DNA of 64,000 bases from NCBI GenBank assembly GCA_945865325.1, contig CAMBFA010000001.1, positions 6,645-70,644 of the forward strand, given 5' to 3'. The position numbers were made by a program, and so were the translations under genes. Below, piece by piece: positions 57,458 to 64,000 of this stretch. Numbering within the stretch: position 1 is the first letter of the stretch; each line of letters opens with the position of its first letter. The notes under the pieces were generated by a model. It was not told the origin of the DNA. It was given only the letters and a program-made list of their open reading frames with translations, and did no database searches. This DNA comes from Candidatus Kuenenia stuttgartensis (GTDB lineage Bacteria; Planctomycetota; Planctomycetia; Pirellulales; UBA1268).

Positions 57458-57599
57458 CGAGGCGTTCCGCCGGTCCGTCACGCCGACATCACCGGGAAGG
57501 ACAACCCCGACCCACCGGTGCCTCAGGAGCCACCCGGGCCCTGCCGGTGCTTGGCCCCAAGCCCCATCCATTTGCCCGTCGGGCCGTCGAGCGCGCATC

Positions 57600-58925
57600 A
57601 TGTCGGGCATGAAACATTTATCGCTCCCCACCGTGGCCCGCGTGCTCCTCCTTGCCTATGCCGTCGCCGTGATGCCGGCCGGGCCCCTGCCCTCTCCATC
57701 GGCCCGCGCCGATGAGCCGGCGGCGTTTGCCATCCCCGACTCCGACGACGGCCTCCCCGGCGCCGGCCCGATCCGGCGCTCCGACTGGTTTAAGAACCTG
57801 TGGAAAGAGCGGCGCGGTGAGTGGGCCGGCAGGAAGGCTGCCGACAAGCGGGCCCTCGTGTTCCTCGGTGACTCGATCACGCAGGGCTTCGGTGACGATT
57901 TCCAGGGGGCCTTCCCCGGGGCGAAGCTCGCCAATCGCGGCATCAGCGGCGACACGACCCGCGGCATGCTCCTGCGCCTCGCCGACGATTGTCTGGCCCT
58001 CGATCCCGCCGGCGTCGTCATGCTTATGGGCACCAACGACCTGGAGGAAGGGGCGGAGCCGGAGACGATTGCCGGCAATGTGAAGGCGATCATCTCGGCC
58101 ATCGAATCAAAGAACCCGCGGACGCCGATCATCGTCTGCCAGGTCTTCCCCAGCGCTGCCGACAAGCAGCGCCCGGCCGAGAAGATCAAGAAGCTCAACG
58201 CGCTGGTCGCCGAGCAGGTGAAGGGGGACCCGCGCGTCCGTCTCGTCGACACCTGGACACTTTTTGCCAACGGCGACGGCGATGCGAAGGCGGAGGAGTT
58301 TCCCGATCTCCTCCATCCCAACCCGAAGGGCTATGCGAAGTGGGTGGCCGCGATCAGGCCAATCCTCGAGACGCTCGATCTCGTTCCGACCCCCGCAGAC
58401 GATTTCCAGCCCGAACCCGGCTTCGAACTGCTCTTCAATGGCCACGACCTCACTGGCTGGGGCTACCGCGATCAGCCGACGCTCGGCAAGCAGCTCGATC
58501 TCGACGGCTGTGAGAGCAGCCCCGATGGCCGCTATGTCGCCAAGGATGGCCGGATCGTCGTCACGACCCCGCCGGAGGGCCGCCGCGTCGAGCAGCTCTG
58601 GACGACGCAGGAGTTCCCCGGCAACTTCGTTCTCAAGCTCGAGTTCCGGGCCACGCCGACCGCCGACAGCGGCGTCTTCATCCGTGCCCCGCAGCTCCAG
58701 TGCCGCGATTATCTGCTCGCCGGCCCCTACAAGGAGCTGAAGCACTACAAGCCCCAGGACTGGAACGAACTGGTGATCACGGTCATCGATGGCAAGGCTC
58801 TGTGCCTGTGCAACGACGACATCCTCGAAGTGGCGCTGCCGGTGCCCGAGACCGGCCCGATCGGCCTCGAAGGGGATTCGGGCCAGCTTGAGTACCGGCG
58901 GATCCGGATCACGAAGCTCCCCTGA
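57600..58925 (+). CDS. Secreted SGNH/GDSL hydrolase fused to a DUF1080 (3-keto-disaccharide hydrolase-like) domain
   Basis: Signal peptide. SGNH blocks FLGDSITQG, GISGDTT, MGTNDL, DLLHPNPKGY. C-terminal LLFNGHDLTGW...GPIGLEGDSGQLEYRRIRI is typical of DUF1080. Confidence 0.85.
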   Translation: MSGMKHLSLPTVARVLLLAYAVAVMPAGPLPSPSARADEPAAFAIPDSDDGLPGAGPIRRSDWFKNLWKERRGEWAGRKAADKRALVFLGDSITQGFGDDFQGAFPGAKLANRGISGDTTRGMLLRLADDCLALDPAGVVMLMGTNDLEEGAEPETIAGNVKAIISAIESKNPRTPIIVCQVFPSAADKQRPAEKIKKLNALVAEQVKGDPRVRLVDTWTLFANGDGDAKAEEFPDLLHPNPKGYAKWVAAIRPILETLDLVPTPADDFQPEPGFELLFNGHDLTGWGYRDQPTLGKQLDLDGCESSPDGRYVAKDGRIVVTTPPEGRRVEQLWTTQEFPGNFVLKLEFRATPTADSGVFIRAPQLQCRDYLLAGPYKELKHYKPQDWNELVITVIDGKALCLCNDDILEVALPVPETGPIGLEGDSGQLEYRRIRITKLP

Positions 58926-58934
58926 CCGGGGGCT

Positions 58935-60632
58935 TCAGCGGCCGCCCCGGCGCCAGGGGGCGAGGGTCATAGGATCCCACTGGGAGGTCCGTTCGTCGGC
59001 GGCATCCAACTGCGGCCCGCCCTCCCGGTAGCCGTGCTCCTCCATCGCCGTCCGGAGGTCCGACGGCGACACGTTCCTCGGGTTGTCGAGGAGGAGAGTC
59101 ACGACATCGTCGGCCGTCACCGTGCCGATGGCCGAAACATCAGCGAGCGCGACGACAGGCAAGTCGGGGCGGAGATCGATCAGGTTGCGGAGCAGGAAAC
59201 CCCGACGAAGGTCGTTGGTGACGACCGTTCCCGACCAATCACAGGCCTTCGTCCAAGCCGTCGGCATGGCGGGCTTGAGATCGAACGACTGATCGATGAG
59301 CCCCGGCCAGCTCACGATCGATTGGAGCAGTTGCAGCGTCAGAGCGATGACGGCGAGGCGGGGGGGAACGAGATTGCCGACGGCGAGAACAAGAAACACC
59401 GTGGCCAGCGGCCAAATGTACGAAAAATACTGCCCCCGGAAAGCGTGGGGGGGAGAGACCCCGGTGAGGTAGAGGATCGCCGTGAAGAGGACGAACCAGG
59501 CAAGCACGACGGCATGACGGACCTTGGGGTCGGTCAGCGTCCACCCCCCCGAACCGTCCCCGGCAGCACCCCCCCGCCGCCCGGCGAGCCGGAGGCCACC
59601 GGCCACCATCATGGCCGCCAACCCGATCGCATAGACCGGCCAGAGCGAACGCCAGAGCGTGAAATACTCAGCCGCACCGCGCGCCAGGAGTTTGACTCGC
59701 ATGGGAGCCATGGCGGCGAGGCCCTCCGCATTGCCGGCCACGGCGGGCCGCGCGGCGGCCTTCATCCGCAGGAATTCGAAAAACTCCGGGTAGAGGAGGA
59801 GAAAAATCGCGACCGCCACGGCCCCGGCGGCGAAGTACCGCCGCGTCTGCCCTCCGAGTCGATCGATCGCCATCACCATGAGGGCCCCGGGCACCATCGT
59901 GATGACAAAGAAATAGTGCGTCAGCATTCCGGCGGCGCACACCAGGCAGAACAGCACCGTGATCCACGGCCCACGCTCGCCGGCGATGATCCGATCCCCG
60001 AGCTCCAGCGCGAAAAGGACGAGGACGGCGAAGAGGGAGTAATGGCGGGTCTGGAACTCAATGCCCATCACGGCAGGGGCGCAGAACCACACCGCCGCAC
60101 AGACCAGCCCCACCCGATGGCTTCCCGAGAACCGCCGGCCGAGGCGGTAGACGAGCCCGAGGGTCACCAGAGCGATTGCCAGGTTGATCGCCGACTGATT
60201 CTGGGGCGTCAAGCCGAGGAGCACGTGTTGGACGTGCAGGCCCCAGAAAAAGAGCGGGGGGTGGATGTCCGTCAGGGCCAGATCGCGAGCGACCGTCCGG
60301 AAGGCGAACGAGCCGGGCCGCTGCAGAAATGACTGGAGCTCCGCCGCCGGCACGGGGCGGTTCGCCAGACCGGGCAGCTCCGCAACAAACCGCGACTCAC
60401 TGGCCGCCGCAGAGAGCCATGCGATCGACTCGTCGTGCGTCAGACCTTCCTTGACATTCGTCACGGCGTGGATCCGCACAAGGAGCGCCGCCACGATCAC
60501 CAGCCAGAGGAGCACCGCGGCAAATCGCCCCTTCGCGGAGGCCCCCTTGCGGGAGGACCGCGCCGGCGGTCCCCCGTCCCCGCGGGCGGCTGTCGAGCCA
60601 TGGGTCATCAAAGCACTCCTTGAAGGTTTCAT
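58935..60632 (-). CDS. GT-C fold membrane glycosyltransferase (ArnT/PMT family 39-like)
   Basis: 565 aa with more than 10 hydrophobic helices. First-loop acidic motif GLTHDESIAW. A soluble C-terminal ~120 aa. Last gene of the DprE-like operon. Confidence 0.7.
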   Translation of the reverse strand: MKPSRSALMTHGSTAARGDGGPPARSSRKGASAKGRFAAVLLWLVIVAALLVRIHAVTNVKEGLTHDESIAWLSAAASESRFVAELPGLANRPVPAAELQSFLQRPGSFAFRTVARDLALTDIHPPLFFWGLHVQHVLLGLTPQNQSAINLAIALVTLGLVYRLGRRFSGSHRVGLVCAAVWFCAPAVMGIEFQTRHYSLFAVLVLFALELGDRIIAGERGPWITVLFCLVCAAGMLTHYFFVITMVPGALMVMAIDRLGGQTRRYFAAGAVAVAIFLLLYPEFFEFLRMKAAARPAVAGNAEGLAAMAPMRVKLLARGAAEYFTLWRSLWPVYAIGLAAMMVAGGLRLAGRRGGAAGDGSGGWTLTDPKVRHAVVLAWFVLFTAILYLTGVSPPHAFRGQYFSYIWPLATVFLVLAVGNLVPPRLAVIALTLQLLQSIVSWPGLIDQSFDLKPAMPTAWTKACDWSGTVVTNDLRRGFLLRNLIDLRPDLPVVALADVSAIGTVTADDVVTLLLDNPRNVSPSDLRTAMEEHGYREGGPQLDAADERTSQWDPMTLAPWRRGGR

Positions 60633-60662
60633 CCCAAACGATCTCCTCCCGGCTCACCCGAG

Positions 60663-61436
60663 TCAGAGCTTGAGACGCTTGAAGATCGCCTCGGGGATCG
60701 CACCGATCACCGTCATCACCGGCCACCAGAACCAGGGAGTGTAGAGGACGTCCTGGCGGCGGAGGATGGCCCGCTCGATGTCGCGGGCGACGGTATCCGC
60801 GTCGGTCGCCAGAGGGGAGCGTGCGGCCGCGAGCCCCTCGGTCATCGGTGTTCGCACAATCCCAGGCTTCACTGTGATCACAGCGACGCCGCGGGGATGG
60901 AGCCGATTCCTCAACCCGGAAAGATAGGCCGTCAATCCGGCCTTCGCCGCGCCGTAGGTGTAGTTGCTCTGCCGCCCGCGATCGCCGGCCACCGAGGAGA
61001 TGGCGGCGAGAAACGCCCCGGGCCGATCCTCGAGCGCTCGGGCCGCGGCGGCCAGAACCATCGCCGCCGACGTGAATCCGGTATCGATCGCGTCGCGGGT
61101 CTGCCCGACATCGAGCAGGGCCCCCGACTCGTCGGGGAGCGTTCCATGACAGATGATAATCCCGTCGAGCGGCGCGCCGAGCAGCGCCGCAGCGGCTCCG
61201 AACAATCCCGCCACCGCCGCACCGTCGGAGGGATCGAACACCAGCGTGGCGACGGTCCCGCTGCCGCGGACCCGCAGATCATCGGCGAGCGGGGCCAGCC
61301 GTGCCGCGTCGCGACCGGTGACCACGAGATTCCAGCCCCGCGCTACGAGCCTCCGCCCCAGCGGGCGTGCGATACCCGACGTCGCCCCGACAAGGATCAC
61401 ATTGCGGGGGGCATCCCGTTTCGGGGTACGGCTCAT
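60663..61436 (-). CDS. DprE2-like SDR (polyprenyl-phospho-2-keto-pentofuranose reductase)
   Basis: ILVGATSGIA Rossmann motif, YGAAKAG catalytic motif. The C-terminus VLYTPWFWWPVMTVIGAIPEAIFKRLKL parallels the mycobacterial DprE2 tail (..[20 protein letters not shown], recalled from memory). Confidence 0.75.
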   Translation of the reverse strand: MSRTPKRDAPRNVILVGATSGIARPLGRRLVARGWNLVVTGRDAARLAPLADDLRVRGSGTVATLVFDPSDGAAVAGLFGAAAALLGAPLDGIIICHGTLPDESGALLDVGQTRDAIDTGFTSAAMVLAAAARALEDRPGAFLAAISSVAGDRGRQSNYTYGAAKAGLTAYLSGLRNRLHPRGVAVITVKPGIVRTPMTEGLAAARSPLATDADTVARDIERAILRRQDVLYTPWFWWPVMTVIGAIPEAIFKRLKL

Positions 61437-61473
61437 GAACAGTTTCCTGGAACACGGGATGGGGAGCGGGGCG

Positions 61474-62835
61474 TCAGGCGGGGGTGATTCCCAGGCGCCT
61501 CGATTGGGAGGAGGCGAACAGGCCGGCCGGGTCGTACCGCCGCTTCACGGCGAGAAACTCGTCGAGACGCGGATACATCGCCCGGAAGGTGGTTCCATCC
61601 ATGAGTGCGTCCTTGGCGAGGTAGAGACGGCCGCCGTGCTCAAGGAGAATCCTGTCGAGACGGCCGCAGAGGGCCTCGATCACGCCCCGCCGGTAGGGAA
61701 TGTCGAGGGCGAGCGTGTGCCCAGGCTCGAGAAACGACAACATCGAGCCATCGGCCGGCCCACAACTCTTGAGCACGGCGAGGAACGAAGCAGCGCCGCT
61801 GGCCACGATGGTGGAGAGCAGTTCGCGGAGGCCGTCGAGCGAAGATTTCCGAGGAAAGAACGCCTGATACTGAATGAATCCGCGGGGGCCGTAGAGGCGG
61901 TTCCAATGACGGATGGAATCGAGCGGATAAAAGAACGTGTCGAGATCGACGACCTTGCGCCGATTCCCGTGCGCGGCGTAGAAGACTTCGTTGAAGACCC
62001 TCACACTCAAGCTATTGAGCAGGCCCACCGGCGGCGTGAAGGGGACCGACTTGACCCTTTTCCGCGGCAGCCCGAACGGATCCCGCCGGGCCTCGGGCGA
62101 CAGTTCGCCGAGCGGGGTGTTTCTCCCCTGCATCACGACACTCCGTCCCATCGCCCGCCCTGAGGCCATGCAGTCGATCCAGGCCACCGAATGCTCGCTG
62201 CCGGCATCCCCGGACTCGAACACCGTCAGGGTCTCCTCGAGGTCGGCGGTGCGATGGTAGTCGACGGTCACGCGCGACGTCTCGACCCGCACGAGCCGAA
62301 AACAAGCGGCCATGATCATGCCGGTGAGCCCCATGCCGCCGAGGGTGGCATGGAAGAGGTCCGCGTTCTCGCCGCGCGAACAGCGCACCACGGTCCCGTC
62401 GGCCACCATCACGTCGATCCGCTCGACGAACATGCCGATCGACCCGTGCCGATGGTGGTTCTTCCCGTGGACGTCGGCCGCGATGGCCCCCCCGACGGTC
62501 ACGTACTTCGTCCCAGGCGTCGTCGGCAGGAACCATCCGCGCGGCAGGAAGAGGGCGATGATCTCGGCGAAACTGACACCGGCCTCGACGTCGAGGAGCC
62601 CCGATTGCGGATCGAAGCCCCGAAAGCGATCGATCCGCGCTGTCTCGACGACCGTGCCCCCCGCGACGAAGGCCGAGTCTCCATAGGCCCTGCCGAGCCC
62701 GCGGGCGATGAGGCCGGCCCCGTGATCCCCCTCCACAACGCGTGCCATCCCCGCCCGGTCGGCCGGGGTCGCGACGACGGCGTCGCCAACGGGAAATCTC
62801 CCCCATCCGCTCAACGTCTGGGGAGCGGGGCTCAT
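61474..62835 (-). CDS. DprE1-like FAD-dependent oxidase (polyprenyl-phospho-ribofuranose 2'-oxidase)
   Basis: LSGWGR, ARGLGRAYGDS, PGTKYVTVGGAIAADVHGKNHH, GGMGLTGMI, FYPLD...WNRLYGPRGFIQYQ and GGRLYLAKD track Mtb DprE1 along its length (from memory). Confidence 0.8.
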   Translation of the reverse strand: MSPAPQTLSGWGRFPVGDAVVATPADRAGMARVVEGDHGAGLIARGLGRAYGDSAFVAGGTVVETARIDRFRGFDPQSGLLDVEAGVSFAEIIALFLPRGWFLPTTPGTKYVTVGGAIAADVHGKNHHRHGSIGMFVERIDVMVADGTVVRCSRGENADLFHATLGGMGLTGMIMAACFRLVRVETSRVTVDYHRTADLEETLTVFESGDAGSEHSVAWIDCMASGRAMGRSVVMQGRNTPLGELSPEARRDPFGLPRKRVKSVPFTPPVGLLNSLSVRVFNEVFYAAHGNRRKVVDLDTFFYPLDSIRHWNRLYGPRGFIQYQAFFPRKSSLDGLRELLSTIVASGAASFLAVLKSCGPADGSMLSFLEPGHTLALDIPYRRGVIEALCGRLDRILLEHGGRLYLAKDALMDGTTFRAMYPRLDEFLAVKRRYDPAGLFASSQSRRLGITPA

Positions 62836-64000
62836 GCTGCCACCCCCTCTCGCACCAGGCCCGCGATGATCACGAGGCAGAAACAGACCCCGGCAATGCA
62901 GAGGCTGACCCGGTCACGGATGGCGAAAACCACGGGATCCTCGTCGAGATGACCGCGATGCACGAGGAGCCAGACGCGGGTGATCCAGTAGAGCACCAGC
63001 GGACAGATGAGCCAGAGGATCCGGCTTTCCCCGTAGAGAATGTGCATTTCGGGGCTGTTCATGTAGAGCGCGAGGACAAGCACCGACACGTAGCCACTGG
63101 CCGCACCGAAGCCCTCGAGGATGGGAAGATCCTCGACGAGATAGCCGCGCCCCGCTGGCCGATGCCCCCCATCGGAAGCGTGCCGTCGGAGCTCGGCACA
63201 GCGCTTGGCAAACGCCAATGACGTGAAGAAGAACAGTGAAAAAGCGAGGATCCACATACTCAACGGCACACCGGCCGCGATCCCGCCGGCCTCGACTCGG
63301 ACGGCATACATCCCCGCGAGCATCAGCACGTCGAGAATCGGCTTCCGCTTCAGCCAGGTGGAGTAGGCGAGATTGGTGGCCATGTAGACCACGAGGATCA
63401 GGCCGAAGGCCGGCGTGAGGACGATGGCGGAGATCATGGCGGCCCCGAGGAGCAGCCCCGCCCCGGCGGCGACGGCCCAGGTGATCGGCAGTCGGCCGCT
63501 CGCCAAGGGGCGATGACGCTTCTTGGGATGCTCCCGGTCGGCAGGCAGATCGGCGATGTCGTTGACGACATAGACCGTCGAGGCACAGGCGGAGAATGCC
63601 ACGAAGGCCCAGATCACCGCAGTGATCGTGGCGACGTCGAACTTGTGCGCCAGGATCATCGGCAGGAAGACGAGGAGATTCTTGACCCACTGATGGGGCC
63701 GCAGGGAGCGGAGGAGCGACCGTGGAATACTGCGACGTTCCCCGATCACCTCAACCGGCTTGCCAAGCTCGCGCACGCGCCGCTCCAACCCGGCGGTCGG
63801 CTCGACAACGATGACGAGGTTCGCCGCCCGCCACAGGGGGATATCGGCGCTCGCATCCCCCGCATAGGAAAAACCGTTGCAGCCGTTGGCCCGGACCCAA
63901 TCGGTGACCGCCTGGAGTTTCCGTGCCCCCTTGAGATTGACCCCCGCATGGGAAGCGAGGACGGCGTCAAACAGCCCCAGATCGGCCGAGATCCGCGCTG
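62832..64000 (-). CDS. HAD-IB phosphatase-like domain fused to UbiA-family polyprenyl-phosphate phosphoribosyltransferase (5' end beyond window)
   Basis: The UbiA part has LRPHQWVKNLLVF and NDIADLPADREHPKKRHRPLASG (Rv3806c-like). The same frame stays open upstream of the track start (TTG 63788) to the window edge, encoding ...GFSYAGDASADIPLWRAANLVIVVEPTAGLERRVRELG, the last HAD-IB motifs. Confidence 0.75.
   Translation of the reverse strand, partial: ARISADLGLFDAVLASHAGVNLKGARKLQAVTDWVRANGCNGFSYAGDASADIPLWRAANLVIVVEPTAGLERRVRELGKPVEVIGERRSIPRSLLRSLRPHQWVKNLLVFLPMILAHKFDVATITAVIWAFVAFSACASTVYVVNDIADLPADREHPKKRHRPLASGRLPITWAVAAGAGLLLGAAMISAIVLTPAFGLILVVYMATNLAYSTWLKRKPILDVLMLAGMYAVRVEAGGIAAGVPLSMWILAFSLFFFTSLAFAKRCAELRRHASDGGHRPAGRGYLVEDLPILEGFGAASGYVSVLVLALYMNSPEMHILYGESRILWLICPLVLYWITRVWLLVHRGHLDEDPVVFAIRDRVSLCIAGVCFCLVIIAGLVREGVAA

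Noticed and set aside
59034-62163. Plus-strand ORFs 59034..60332 (432 aa) and 61153..62163 (336 aa)
   Set aside because: They are antisense to the GT-C and DprE1/DprE2-like genes, and their products are hydrophilic low-complexity sequence. The minus-strand products have coherent TM topology and family motifs.

Overview
High-GC bacterial chromosome segment. The gene content (a DUF1553/DUF1501 pair, an SGNH-DUF1080 fusion, ribosomal proteins with long charged extensions) points to Planctomycetota; this is an inference with no database check. The core is an ~18 kb minus-strand S10-spc-alpha ribosomal supercluster, rpsJ to rplQ (3.9-22.1 kb), including secY-adk-map and an rpmJ gene missing from the ORF track. 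I found no rpmD or infA in it. A second minus-strand housekeeping block (26.6-33.5 kb) holds an EF-G paralogue, argS, rsfS, coaX, obg and rpmA. Further core genes are aroB, recQ, a livKHMGF-type ABC importer and rlmKL. Accessory content sits between these blocks. (1) A tight four-gene plus-strand cassette: Zn-ADH, SDR, O-methyltransferase, class-3 lipase (22.8-26.6 kb). (2) A 589-aa secreted hypothetical, an orphan ParA and small hypotheticals (33.6-37.8 kb). (3) A same-strand cluster of a DevCAB/MacAB-like tripartite exporter, a PAP2-like membrane protein and a gene with 152 uninterrupted Gly-X-Y collagen triplets (39.0-45.8 kb). (4) A Phd/VapC toxin-antitoxin pair. (5) An operon resembling the mycobacterial decaprenyl-phospho-arabinose pathway (HAD-UbiA fusion, DprE1-like, DprE2-like) plus a GT-C glycosyltransferase (58.9-64.0 kb, running off the right edge). 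The best candidates for undescribed biology are the collagen-like protein with its neighbours, the lipid-linked arabinose-like operon, and a LivG ATPase with a ~180-aa two-helix insertion. The ORF track prints GTG/TTG starts as M and reports the longest ORFs, so many starts were re-set from Shine-Dalgarno context. The many long antisense ORFs are high-GC shadows. No tRNA, rRNA, CRISPR array or transposase was recognised.
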